From Alphaproteobacteria bacterium (lineage in GTDB: Bacteria; Pseudomonadota; Alphaproteobacteria; MPNO01; UBA830): a stretch of 64,000 nt of DNA. The position numbers were made by a program, and so were the translations under genes. The notes beneath the pieces are model-generated. The model was not told the origin of the DNA. It searched no databases and saw only the letters and a list, made by a program, of their open reading frames with translations. The DNA lies in contig OZ219791.1 of NCBI GenBank assembly GCA_964291215.2, forward strand, positions 1,408,001 through 1,472,000, read 5' to 3'. Positions within the stretch are counted from its first letter, which is position 1; every line of letters starts with the position of its first letter. Below, one piece after another: positions 1-9,943 of this stretch.

Positions 1-1314
1 CGGGAAGAACACGATGTCGTCCTCGGCGGCATTGACGCGGTAGGCGAAGGCCCAGTCGAGTGCGCCGTAGTCATGGATGTCGATGTCCTCGTCGACCACC
101 CAGATGTTCTTGTAGCGCAGGTGGGCGGAGTTCGATCCCCAGATCGCCGCCGCCGCCTGCTTAGCCTGGCCGCGGTAGGTCTGGTTCATCTGGATCATCA
201 ACGTCGTGCCGTTGTTTGCGGCCGGGCAGTGGACATCGGTGATGCCGGGGACGCCGGCGCGCTCAAGCACGTTCCAGGCGACGCCGGCGCGCTGGATCGA
301 ACTCGTGATCGAGTTCTCGTTCAGCATCTTCGGCAGCGTGCCCTCAAGCGTGCCGCGGTGGATCGAGCCGTCGCGATAGGTCACGCAGGTCACCTTGGTC
401 ACGTGTTTCGGGCCCTGGTCGCCCCCGAAATATCCGGTGTATTCTCCGAACGGGCCTTCCATCTCGAAAGTCGCCGGATCGGGATCGATGAAGCCTTCGA
501 TGACCATCTCGCAGTCGGCTGGGACCATGATGTCGCTGGTCTCGCACTTGACCAGCTCCATCGGCCGGCCCCGGATTGCACCCATGACGTCATATTCGCA
601 GACCCCTGTAGGGACCGGCGCGGACGCGCAGAACGGCAAGCACGGCTCGAAGCCGTAGACATGAGCCACCGGCATCTTGATGCCCCGGTCCGCCCATTTC
701 TGGAAATGGACTCCCCAGTTCTGGGCGCGCCACAGCAGCACCGGCAGCGTGTCCTTCTGGCCCAGCATGCCGCGATAGATGCCGAGATTGTGCTGGCCGT
801 TGTCCGGGTCCATCGTGACGGTGGCCTGGTAGGTGTTGATGTAGCGGCCTCCGTCCTCGCGATGCCAGCGCGGCACCGGGATCTTGTAGATGTCGATATC
901 GTCGCCGGTGACAATGTTCTCTTTGACTTTGCCACCCGTCACCTCGACGGGTTCGACACGCTGCTGGAGATAGTGGCGGGTGGCCATGACCATGTCGCGT
1001 ACCGGCGCGCCCTTGGGCAGGCCCAGCATCATCGCCACGCGGCTGTAGTTCGAGAGCCCGCCGGTGAAGACCTGGCGCGACCAGACATCGTCGTCGGGGC
1101 CGTATCCCTTGACGTTGTTGAACAGCAGGGCGGGGCCGTCGCCGTTCCCGAAGGCCCTGCGCGCGATCGTTCCGAGCTCGCACTCCCAGTCGACTTCGGC
1201 GTCGATTTCCTGGATTTCACCCTCGGTGCGCAGCGCCTCGATCCAGCCGCGCAGGTCGTCGAACGACCGTGGGACCAGCATGTTGTGCATACCGTCGATT
1301 TTCTGTTCGGGCAC
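1..1314 (-). CDS. UbiD-family (prFMN-dependent) decarboxylase, runs off the window start
   Basis: Not in the ORF track. Manual minus-strand translation: GTG at 1314 after GAGGAG, then DLRGWIEALRTEGEIQEIDAEVDW, DGGRYINT, HNLGIYRGM, EGPFGEYTGY, VVDEDIDIHD. Paralog of 1471-3018. Confidence 0.93.
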   Translation of the reverse strand, partial: MPEQKIDGMHNMLVPRSFDDLRGWIEALRTEGEIQEIDAEVDWECELGTIARRAFGNGDGPALLFNNVKGYGPDDDVWSRQVFTGGLSNYSRVAMMLGLPKGAPVRDMVMATRHYLQQRVEPVEVTGGKVKENIVTGDDIDIYKIPVPRWHREDGGRYINTYQATVTMDPDNGQHNLGIYRGMLGQKDTLPVLLWRAQNWGVHFQKWADRGIKMPVAHVYGFEPCLPFCASAPVPTGVCEYDVMGAIRGRPMELVKCETSDIMVPADCEMVIEGFIDPDPATFEMEGPFGEYTGYFGGDQGPKHVTKVTCVTYRDGSIHRGTLEGTLPKMLNENSITSSIQRAGVAWNVLERAGVPGITDVHCPAANNGTTLMIQMNQTYRGQAKQAAAAIWGSNSAHLRYKNIWVVDEDIDIHDYGALDWAFAYRVNAAEDDIVFFP

Positions 1315-1470
1315 GGCAGATTGCTCCTCGATTCGGTTGGATTTCGGCATTGGCGTGGATGTGGAGCCGACGCCGACCGGCGCCTCGGACCCACCTGCAG
1401 CGGACCGCTGTTTTCGGAATTTCTCGGGCGCTTGTCAAATCGCGGCCCGCCCTGCGGGCCGGATCTGCCC

Positions 1471-3018
1471 TCAATCGGCGGACGTGAGGCGCCGCGTCCA
1501 CTTGCCTGAGAGTTCGAGCGACTGCCAGCGCTGCTCCAGCGCCCTGATGTCCTCGTCGACCGGACGCACAGTTGGCGGAAACCGGTCGCCTCCCCGTTCG
1601 GGGTCGTAGTCGAGATTTATCGTGGCGTCGATCAGCACCCTGTTCCATTTGCCGGTGCCGAACCGCAGCACATCGGCGTCGCGGCGCCGTACGCTGGGGT
1701 CGAGCCCGGCGCCCCAGTTGGCCGGAAAGATCACGATGTCGTCCTCGCCGGCATTGACGCGCCAGGCGCAGGCCCAGTCGACGGCTTCGTAGTCATGGAT
1801 ATCGATGTCCTCGTCGACGACCGTGACATGCTTGTAGCGGACATGCGACGACGAATCGCCCCACAGCGCCAGCGCGACCTGCTTGGCCTGTCCGCGGTAG
1901 GTCTGCTTGATCGCGATGTTGATGTTCGCGCCGGCGTGAATCGGGTGGCCGAACACGTCGACGACGCCTGGAACGCCGGCGTTTTCGAGCGCGTTCCAGG
2001 CCACCGCCGAGCGCTGTATCGAGCTCATGATTGGGTTCTCGCCAACGCTTCCGGGAATTGCGCCTTCTACTGTTCCCCGGAATATCGGATTGTCGCGATG
2101 GGTGATGCAGGTCACCCGCGTGGTGTGTTTCCTGGTCCTTTCCGGCGCGTAATATCCGGTGAACTCGGCATAGGGCCCCTCTTCGGTGAAAGTCGCCGGG
2201 TCGGTCGAAATCCATCCCTCGATCACGATCTCGGCCGTGGCCGGGACCATCAGCGGGACCGTCTCGCATTCCACCAGATCCACCGGCTCGCCACGGATGG
2301 CGCCCATGACGTCGTATTCGGAGACGTTGCGGGGCACCGGCGCTCCCGCCGTGAAGCCCAGCGACGGCTCCCACCCGATGACGTAGGCAACCGGCATCTC
2401 GTCGCCGCGCTCCTGGTGCTTGGCAAAATGCGCCCCCCAGTGCTGGGCGCGCCACATCAGGACCGGTATCTCCGCTGGGCCGCTGACCATTCCGCGATAG
2501 ATGCCGACATTGTGAATGGCGGTCTCCGGATCCTTGGTGACGCAGCCGGCGTAGGTGAGGATGTAGCGTCCGCCGTCGAGCCGGTTCCATTTCGGAACCG
2601 GAAACCTGAGGAGATCGATGTCGTCGCCGACAATCACGTTCTGCTTTACCGGGCCGTTCTTCACGACGCGCGGTGCAACTCGGTCCTGGAATATGGTCCG
2701 GCATATCCGGACGAGTTCGCGCACCGGCGTGTCCTGCGGCAGGCCAAACATCATCGCGATCCGGGAATAGCTGGCTTGGCCGCCGGTGAATATCTGCGAG
2801 CATAGGGCGTCCGGCGTGTTGTAATCCCTGATATTGCTGAATAGGAGCGCGGGTCCGTCGCCGCTTCCCTGGATCATCCGGACCAGATTGCCGATCTCGA
2901 CATCCCAGTCGACTTCGCCGCTAACTTCCTCAAGCTCGCCCGCTTCGCGGAGCGTATCTATCCACCCGCGAAGGTCGCCGAAGACCGCCTGTCCGCGGTT
3001 AAATACTAACTCATTCAT
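1471..3018 (-). CDS. UbiD-family decarboxylase/carboxylase
   Basis: 515 aa with DGGRYI, NVGIYRG, EGPYAEFTGYY catalytic motif, VVDEDIDI and C-terminal LIDAT. Confidence 0.95.
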   Translation of the reverse strand: MNELVFNRGQAVFGDLRGWIDTLREAGELEEVSGEVDWDVEIGNLVRMIQGSGDGPALLFSNIRDYNTPDALCSQIFTGGQASYSRIAMMFGLPQDTPVRELVRICRTIFQDRVAPRVVKNGPVKQNVIVGDDIDLLRFPVPKWNRLDGGRYILTYAGCVTKDPETAIHNVGIYRGMVSGPAEIPVLMWRAQHWGAHFAKHQERGDEMPVAYVIGWEPSLGFTAGAPVPRNVSEYDVMGAIRGEPVDLVECETVPLMVPATAEIVIEGWISTDPATFTEEGPYAEFTGYYAPERTRKHTTRVTCITHRDNPIFRGTVEGAIPGSVGENPIMSSIQRSAVAWNALENAGVPGVVDVFGHPIHAGANINIAIKQTYRGQAKQVALALWGDSSSHVRYKHVTVVDEDIDIHDYEAVDWACAWRVNAGEDDIVIFPANWGAGLDPSVRRRDADVLRFGTGKWNRVLIDATINLDYDPERGGDRFPPTVRPVDEDIRALEQRWQSLELSGKWTRRLTSAD

Positions 3019-3099
3019 CCCTTGCCCCTTGCGTCAAACCTTGCTGGGCCATATCTAACTGTTTGCCCGGCTCGGTGCCAGAGCGCATCCGCATTGCAT

Positions 3100-4338
3100 G
3101 TGGATGTCCCCCGGGGCCTCAAGGGCCGACGTGATCGTGGCGGGGCGCGGGCCGTGTATCCTCTCATACTGACGGTGTTCATTGATCTGGTCGGTTTCGG
3201 CATCGTGCTGCCGCTGCTGCCGCTCTACGCCCAGGCGTTCGGAGCGGCGCCGGAAACGGTGACGTTGGTCGCGGCGAGCTACACGCTTGCGCAGTCGCTG
3301 TTCGGACCCGTCTGGGGCTGGCTGAGCGACCGGATCGGGCGCAAACCGGTGCTGCTCATCACCATCGCCGGCACATGCTGTGCCTATCTGCTCCTAGCCT
3401 TTACCGGAACGCTCTGGATGCTGTTCGCCACCCGCTTCTTCGGCGGCGCGATGGCGGCGAATATGAGCGTTGCGCATGCGCTGGTCTCCGACGTGACGAA
3501 GCCCGAAGACCGCGCCCGCGCCATCGCTCGGCTCGGTGGCGCCGCGGGCCTCGGTTTTGTCGTGGGTCCGGCGATCGGAGGGCTGCTGGCGACGGCGAGC
3601 GACGGGACAGCGGATTTCATGGTGCCGTATTTGGCCGCGGCCGCGTTCTCGGCGGTGGCATTCGTGCTCGCGATCTTCTTCATCCGCGAGACGGTGACGG
3701 CGGAACAGAAGACCAGTGCGCGCGCCGGCGGCGGAATAGGCATCTGGCTCGCGCCTCTCGGGCAGAGCGAGATTCGCCTCATACTATGCCTCATGTTCAT
3801 GTCGCCGTTCGTCTTTGCTGGTGTCGAGACGATTCTCGTCATCTGGTCGGCCGCGGCGTGGGGCTGGGGTCCGGCGCAGACAGGACCGTTCTACACTTGG
3901 ATGGGGTTTTGTTATGTGGTGCTGCAGTGGGCGGCCGTCGGTCCGCTGGTACGTCGCGTCGGCGAACGGGCGATGGTGACCGCCGGAGCGGCCGCTCTCG
4001 GCGTCGGCGTATTGTGGATGCCGCTCGCCGGAACCGTTGTCGAATTGTATGCGGCCGCGTTCTTCATGATCCTGGGCGTTGCGGCCAATGCGGCTTCGTT
4101 GGCCAGTCTGTTGTCGCAATATGCCGGTTCCGACGTGCGCGGCCGGGTGCTCGGGCTCGGCCAGGCCTTCGCCGGCATCGGCCGGATTATCGGTCCTGCT
4201 TCCGCCGGCATGGCGTTCGGGTGGATCGGAATCGACTGGCCGTTCTATGGCGGTCTCGTGGCGATGATCATCATGGTCGCGATCAGCCGCGGCATTCCGG
4301 CGCGCCGCGCGGGCGACATCGACGCCAAGAAACGCTGA
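3100..4338 (+). CDS. MFS transporter (TetA/DHA1-like); start uncertain
   Basis: FIDLVGFGIVLPLLP, motif A GWLSDRIGRKP, GFVVGPAIGG, about 12 hydrophobic segments. Confidence 0.92.
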   Translation: MDVPRGLKGRRDRGGARAVYPLILTVFIDLVGFGIVLPLLPLYAQAFGAAPETVTLVAASYTLAQSLFGPVWGWLSDRIGRKPVLLITIAGTCCAYLLLAFTGTLWMLFATRFFGGAMAANMSVAHALVSDVTKPEDRARAIARLGGAAGLGFVVGPAIGGLLATASDGTADFMVPYLAAAAFSAVAFVLAIFFIRETVTAEQKTSARAGGGIGIWLAPLGQSEIRLILCLMFMSPFVFAGVETILVIWSAAAWGWGPAQTGPFYTWMGFCYVVLQWAAVGPLVRRVGERAMVTAGAAALGVGVLWMPLAGTVVELYAAAFFMILGVAANAASLASLLSQYAGSDVRGRVLGLGQAFAGIGRIIGPASAGMAFGWIGIDWPFYGGLVAMIIMVAISRGIPARRAGDIDAKKR

Positions 4339-4502
4339 TACGCGACTTGTCCGATCCGAACGGCGGTCGCGCAGTGAGGTCGGGATACCGGACAACGGCT
4401 CGACGCGAGGCCCGACCGGAATCTGGCCCATCCCTGCCGGACTGTCATTGGGGGGGGGTGGATCCGTCCGGCCTCCATGGCGGCCCGGGAAACTCTATAT
4501 TC

Positions 4503-4544
4503 GGCAACTACCCAGATACCCGGTCGGGTACCTGGGTAGTTGCC
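4503..4544. repeat. 42-bp near-perfect palindrome (20-bp arms, 1 mismatch)
   Basis: GGCAACTACCCAGATACCCG-GT-CGGGTACCTGGGTAGTTGCC. Confidence 0.85.
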
Positions 4545-4686
4545 TCTAAGCATACAAAAAACGTAACTGTTCACCCCTTGGTTCCGGCTTGATGTCAGGG
4601 TAGAGCAACGAACGGGTTTTCATGGAGATTTGACACTGCAGGCCGATTCGTTTAGTGGTGGTCATCGAGAACGACGGGGGCCACCG

Positions 4687-5400
4687 ATGGGCTACTTTGG
4701 ATCCAGGGCGACGAGCGGGCTGTGCCAGCTGCTTCCGGGGCTCCAGCCCCCGCATGGTCTGTATGTGGAAACGCATCCGGGAGGCGGCGCACTGATGAAG
4801 CGCAAGGCGCCGTGCTCTATCGGGATCGACCGGGAGCGCTGGACGGGTTCGGGTGCGACTATCCGGTGGAACTGATCCACGGCTGCGCCCACGCGTTCCT
4901 GGCCGGCTTTGCGTTCCGGGGCACGGAACTGGTCTGCAGCGACCCCTGCAGGCGACCCGCCGGTCGAAGCGGCGGTACCGCCACGACTACACCGAAGCCG
5001 ACCATGTCGAACTCCTTGAACTGCTCAAGGGTCTGCCGTGTTAGGCGATGGTCTCGGCCCCCCCACGGTGATCCCACGCTGCTAATCCGACGACGACTGG
5101 CGAGTTTTTTTCAGTTTGCGTCGCGCTGCAATCGTGCCGCCAAGGCTTGATGGGGCCTTTTTGGCACGAAAATTGCGATCAAGGAGGCGATCTGTGATGA
5201 GCCGAGCCCCAACGCATTCGGATTTCGCGTCTCCAAATTAGCATGGGATCGTCGTGCCCCCCCGCTCGGCGTTGTACGACGACCTGCTGCGGGACTGGCA
5301 CCGCATTGCCATGCAGGTGACGACCCGGGTCCGCACCGAGGTGGTGTGGCTCGACTTCGAGCCCGGGCGGATGCACTCGGCCAGCGATGCCGGGCGGCCG
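4687..5400 (+). pseudogene. Dam-like (D12 class) N6-adenine DNA methyltransferase, frameshifted and MITE-interrupted
   Basis: Fragments MGYFGS..PPHGLYVETHPGGGALMKRK..IGID; ELIHGCAHAFL..ELVCSDP (decayed DPPY position); RYRHDYTEADHVELLELLKGLPC; after the MITE SALYDDLLRDW..RTEVVW. Confidence 0.75.
5064..5256 (+). mobile_element. 193-bp MITE (copy 1), possibly ISAs1-derived
   Basis: Imperfect TIRs CACGGTGATCCCACGCTGCTAAT / ATTAGCATGGGATCGTCGTG; near-identical to 10351-10543(rc); inserted in a C run. Confidence 0.88.
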
Positions 5401-6464
5401 CAGCTGGAGGGGTGGGCGGACGAATGGATCGATCGCGGAGATTTGCCGCCTGAACACGGCTCGACTGCCTTGCTTCCGGCGGCGTTCGAGGCTGCGCAGG
5501 CGGCGCTGGAGATTGCGGTCGCCGCGCTGTTTGCGGAAGCGCCGAGGCTTCCGAAAGCGGCGCCGGAAGGCAGGCCGCTGCGCTCAACCATCGCGTGTTC
5601 GTCGACCATGGACAACAATTTCGGGGAAAGGGCCCCCCGGGGGCCCGGCCAACGGGCGGAAGCCCGGCTTCGGTTCCGACAGCATGGACGGCTGTCGGCG
5701 GTCATGTACACGGCCGCGAGGAGCGGCCTCGACGTTCTGCGCTGGCGCTTGCGCGGAGAACGGCGGCCCGGCGATCTGTCGCCCCGGTTGCCGTGAGCCC
5801 GGAGAGGCGGCGGAGATTCGCAGCGCCGCCGTGAGGTCGAGGGCGCGACTTCATGATCGCGCAGTGCTGCGACGATCACGGAGCGGACCCCATCGCCCGC
5901 GCCTTCTGCCGCCGCCAGCCCCGAAGCTGATCACGTCGGACACCGCCGCCCCGAAGACCCTCGACGAGCTCCGCCCGCTGACACTGCCTCGGATACACGC
6001 GCCTGGCAGCGCCGCAGATGCGCTACGCGCGGTCCATGACCGGAACGGCGAGCCGCTGCTTCTCGACCGCGGCATGGAGCGCGCGCTGCAACACCACGCC
6101 CGTGTCCTGCGAGACCTTGTCCCGCGCCGCGGCGGCGTCTGCCGGCCGCGTCGGAACAACTAGGGGGTGCGGCCGTTACGACCGACATGACAGAAGCCGA
6201 AGAAGGACATCTGGCCCGTTCCGCAAGGACTGGAAGCGGACCCTCAATCGCTGAACCCTGCAACCGGCACGGGATGGCGCTCAGCTTCTCCTCCGCAGCG
6301 CCGGGACAAAGCCGCAACCAATGCGGAAAACACGGCATGGCGCCAGTGCCCCTCACCGCGCATCCCGGTGCACGAAACCGCTCCGGGTGACGCTGGAACT
6401 CCCTGACAAAAGCCCGTCAAACGGACGAAAACAACAACACCTCACCGCACGAACGAACGCTTAC
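5400..6464 (+). mobile_element. Decayed second IS66-type element: TnpC C-terminus, DUF4338-like passenger and right end
   Basis: MDNNFGERA..GSDSMDG..SAVMYT near 5608-5750 resembles IS66 TnpC C-terminus; ends GAACGCTTAC (rc GTAAGCGTTC, IS66-type terminus). Confidence 0.6.
5850..6254 (+). pseudogene. DUF4338 (DruA-like) protein remnant
   Basis: Fragments TLDELRPLTL, AQMRYA/VHDRNGEP, FSTAAW, NTTPV..ET, VGTTRGCGRYDR, RKDWKRTLNR* recalled from DUF4338 proteins. Confidence 0.6.
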
Positions 6465-6467
6465 GGT

Positions 6468-6992
6468 GGGTGCAGTTCTCGTATGGCGCATCCAAGTCAT
6501 TGATTTAACGCGGTTGTGCGGTCGCGAGGCAGCGGCGAAAACGGGTTTTCGTGACAATCGCCCGTTTCGGGACAGGATTTTGTCACGACCCCCGCGGCAT
6601 CGACAGGTGATCCGGGCGCTGCGCCACCTTCGCGACACCGCGGCGCCAACGGGCCGACATCGACAGGGAACTGTCCTTCTTCCGCAAGCATCGCCACCGC
6701 ATGCGCTACCACGCGCTGAAGCAACCGGCTCGGGAATTGTCGAGGCGGCAAACAAGACCCCCGTCACACAGCGCATGAGGCGCTCCGGCATGCGCTGGCG
6801 CATCGTCGGCGGACAATCACCTTCCGCGCCCTGCTCGAATCCGGCCGCTTCGAGAGCGCGTGGACGGCCATAATCGGTGCAGACGACGCACCAGCCAACG
6901 ACAACATCAGCCCAAATCACACCCCGGCACTGGCCGCATGAGATGAACAAATGGTACCGAGCCTGCAACCGTGCCATACGAAACTCTCACCC
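6468..6992 (+). mobile_element. Internally deleted ISKra4/ISLre2-like element (copy 1)
   Basis: TIRs GGGTGCAGTTCTCGTATGGC / GCCATACGAAACTCTCACCC; remnant GSGIVEAANKTPVTQRMRRSGMRW; near-identical to 52541-53065. Confidence 0.85.
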
Positions 6993-7104
6993 ACGAGGCC
7001 GGAGAACGTCAGGCCGAAACCCTGCGCACAAGGCTGAAGGTCCCCCCCTCACGTCACGCTCCACAGACGCCGACCGCCAAAATCCCGCCGTTCTGAATCG
7101 CCGC

Positions 7105-8047
7105 CGACAACGCGATCCGACGGCACGGGATCAGCGAGGTCACCTTCTACAGGTGGCGCAAGAAGTATGCCGGGATGAGCGGCGATCAGCTTCGCCGTCT
7201 GAAGGATATCGAGAAGGAGAACGAGCGGCTGCGCCGTGCGGTTCCGGACCTGACGCTGGACAAGCAGGTCCTCAAGGGTGAGCGCATGCACGTCATTGGT
7301 TCGAGTGCATGCGCGAACGCGCGGGGGAACTTCTAGGCCCCTCGCGCTGCCGCCAGTGCATCGACCATGTCTGCGACCGGCTCGGGGTCTCGGAGCGCCG
7401 GGCCTGCCGGGTATTTGGGCAGCACCGCTCGACCCGGCACCGCATCCCCTGCGGTCGTGACGACGAGGACCGCCGGTCGGCGCCATGATCGAGCTGGCCC
7501 GCCAGTATGGCGGTTACGTTATCGACGGATCGCGGCCTTGCTTCGCGATGCCGGCTAGCAGGTCAACGACAAACGGGGCGAGCGCCTGTGGCGGCGCGAG
7601 GGGCTGAAGAGGTGCGCGGGAGATAACAGAAGCGGGGCCGTCCGTGGCTGAACGACGGCTCCTGTATCCGGCTGCGCGCCGAGCGGGCGGACCACGTCCG
7701 GTCCTGTGACATGGTCCATCACTGGACATATGACGGCTGGGCCTTGCGCATGCTCAACGTCCTGGACGAGTTCACCCGTGAAAGCCTGGCGATCCGGGTT
7801 CGGCGTAAGCTCTCCTCGATCGACATCATCGACGTGCTGACCGATCCGTTCATCCTGCGCCGAGCCCCTGGCCACATCCGCTCCGACAACGGACCGGAGT
7901 TCGTCGCTGGGGCGGTCAGGCCGTGGATCGCTGCAGTCGGCGCCCGTACCGCCGTCATCGAGCCGGGCTTACCCCGGGAGAACAGCTACATCGAAAGCTA
8001 CAACGCCCGGCTCCGCGATGAGCTCCTCGACGGGAAGATCTTCTACA
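7105..8047 (+). mobile_element. IS3-family (IS407-group-like) transposase pseudogene
   Basis: OrfA GISEVTFYRWRKKYAG..EKENERLRR; OrfB LNVLDEFTRE..IRSDNGPEF..ENSYIESYNARLRDELL; stops and frameshifts. Confidence 0.9.
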
Positions 8048-8247
8048 GGGGGATTATAGTGAATAGTCCCAATCCGCCCGCTCAGCGCCACCGCCCGATT
8101 TGTCGCAACGCTTCCTCGGCCTTGGCGATCGCGGCCCGGCCAACTCTCATGTAATCTGACGGAACCGCCCTGCCTGACGGCCTGCCGTCAGCGAATTCGC
8201 TGGATCGAACGGTGCCGAACCGACCCCTTCCGACGCGGGCGACGACC

Positions 8248-8847
8248 CTACCCTTCGGCGGCGCGCGCCTCCCTGACGCTGTCGCGAAGGCAAAACCGCT
8301 CGTAGTAGGCCGCCACGTTGGGAAGCTGGCCGAGATCGAACTTGGCGGGCCGGGACCAGTTGAGAATCGCGCCGCAATAGACGTCGGCGACGGTAAAATC
8401 CTCACCCATGAGCCAGTCCCTGCCCTCCAGCGAGGCGTCGAGGAAGCCAAGTCTCACCTCAAGCCGGGCTCTCGCGATGGGCCTCATCTCGTCCGGAATG
8501 TAGGGAAGAAACAGCGGCGGGAAACCTTTGTGCAGCTCGCCGGCGACGAAGCTCAGCCATTCCTGCACCCGGTAGCGCTCCTCCGTGCCGCCAGCGGGCA
8601 GCAACCCGGTGTCAGGCGCCTGATCACCGATCCACTGGAGGATCACCGCGCATTCGGAAAGCTGCCCGCCATCGTCGCGTTCCAGAAACGGCACATATCC
8701 GCGCGGGTTGACGGCGAGGTAGTCGCTGCCGTCCGCGAGTTTCTTGTCCTGCAGACTCACAGACACGAGATCGAAATCCATCCCGGCTTCCCTCAGGCCG
8801 ACATGTGGCGCGAACGAGCACGTGCCCTTTGCGTAGTACAGCTTCAT
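8248..8847 (-). CDS. Glutathione S-transferase (beta class, GstA-like)
   Basis: MKLYYAKGTCSFAPH, NPRGYVP, ELHKGF, FTVADVY. Confidence 0.95.
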   Translation of the reverse strand: MKLYYAKGTCSFAPHVGLREAGMDFDLVSVSLQDKKLADGSDYLAVNPRGYVPFLERDDGGQLSECAVILQWIGDQAPDTGLLPAGGTEERYRVQEWLSFVAGELHKGFPPLFLPYIPDEMRPIARARLEVRLGFLDASLEGRDWLMGEDFTVADVYCGAILNWSRPAKFDLGQLPNVAAYYERFCLRDSVREARAAEG

Positions 8848-8916
8848 GACATCTCCTTCCGGTGAGTGGGAAAACGTGTGCAGGTCCGTCAGCCTGCGGC
8901 CGAGAACCTGTCACGG

Positions 8917-9841
8917 TCATGGTCGCGGGCAAGATCGACGAGTGGGCCGCGCGGGACGACGCCATTGGTGCCGGCCGGCCGGCTGGAAGATCTGGCGCTT
9001 CATGGAGGCGACGTCACTCACGCTGTCGATTCCCCGGGTCTGATACAGGTCGCGCAAATATTTTGAGAGGTGGTGATAATCCTCAAGATGGCGCAGGTTG
9101 CACTTATAATCGGCATAGTAGATCGGATCGAAGCGGATCAGGTTCGGATAGAAACGCCAGTCGGCCTCGGTCTGGGATCCGCCGCACATATACCGCTGGC
9201 CGGACAGCAGTTCGTCGAGCGTCCCGAACAGCAGGTCCACGGACTTCTCATAGGCGTCCTGGGTGGTCGAATGGCCGCATCCATTGATGGCGTCGTTAAT
9301 TCCCCTGAGCACCTTCCCGTTCATGGCGTCGATCTCGTCCCGGAGCACCGCCGGACAGTAGTTCAGCGTCGGCTCGGCAATGCCCGCGAATTCGGAGTTG
9401 AACATGCGGATGATCTCGGAGAACTCGTTGCTCACGATGCTGTTCGTCACGGTATCCCACAGCATCGGCACCGTGACCCGTGTCGTGCAGCCCGGTTCGC
9501 CCAACGCATAGACCTCGTGAAGATAGTTCACCTGCCTGCCGCTGCCGGGAACCGTGTGCGGGCCGTCAACGAAACCCCAGCCCTGCCTGTCGGGCGACTG
9601 CTCAGTATCAACCAGGCCGATCAGGCCGTCAAGCTTCTTCAGGACACGGAATATCTCGGTCCGGTGCGCCCACGGACAGGCGACCGACGAATAGAGCACG
9701 TAGCGCCTCGACGGGATAACCTGAGGATCCGTCGTCGGTGATTCGGTTCCGGGACTGCGACGGCCTCTTGACATAGAGCCCGGCCGCGTCTTCGCCGAGC
9801 ACATCGTCATGCGTCCACGCGCCGTCCAGCAGGTGTCCCAT
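8917..9841 (-). pseudogene. Glutathionyl-hydroquinone reductase (YqjG/PcpF-like), frameshifted
   Basis: MGHLLDGAW N-terminus is in a different frame from RYVLYSSVACPWAHRT, RVTVPMLWD, TEADWRFYPNLIRFD; C-terminus also shifted. Confidence 0.85.
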
Positions 9842-9943
9842 GGGCCGCACTCCAACCAGTCTTCAAATTCCGACGCGGGATGTATGCACGGTCGGCACCC
9901 GGCCAGTCCAACGATCAGGGACGACAAGGCAGTGATGCCGCTG

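Larger units (their letters stand above)
4563..5400 (+). mobile_element. Left part of IS66-family methyltransferase-carrying element (copy A), interrupted by a MITE
   Basis: Begins GTAACTGTTCACCCC; first ~250 bp match the copies at 25583 and 12574(rc), and the first ~165 bp match 31940. Confidence 0.85.

Noticed and set aside
73-2805. Long plus-strand ORFs 73-1509 and 1795-2805 (similarly 21998-24451, 19223-20659, 38079-39671)
   Set aside because: Antisense shadows of real high-GC genes; no recognisable motifs.
4450-4458. G9 tract as a phase-variation site
   Set aside because: Intergenic, downstream of a gene, with no linked promoter or ORF evident.
8248-8847. GST as the NdmE partner of the demethylase cluster
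   Set aside because: It looks like an ordinary beta-class GST, lies 53 kb away and belongs to another gene cluster.
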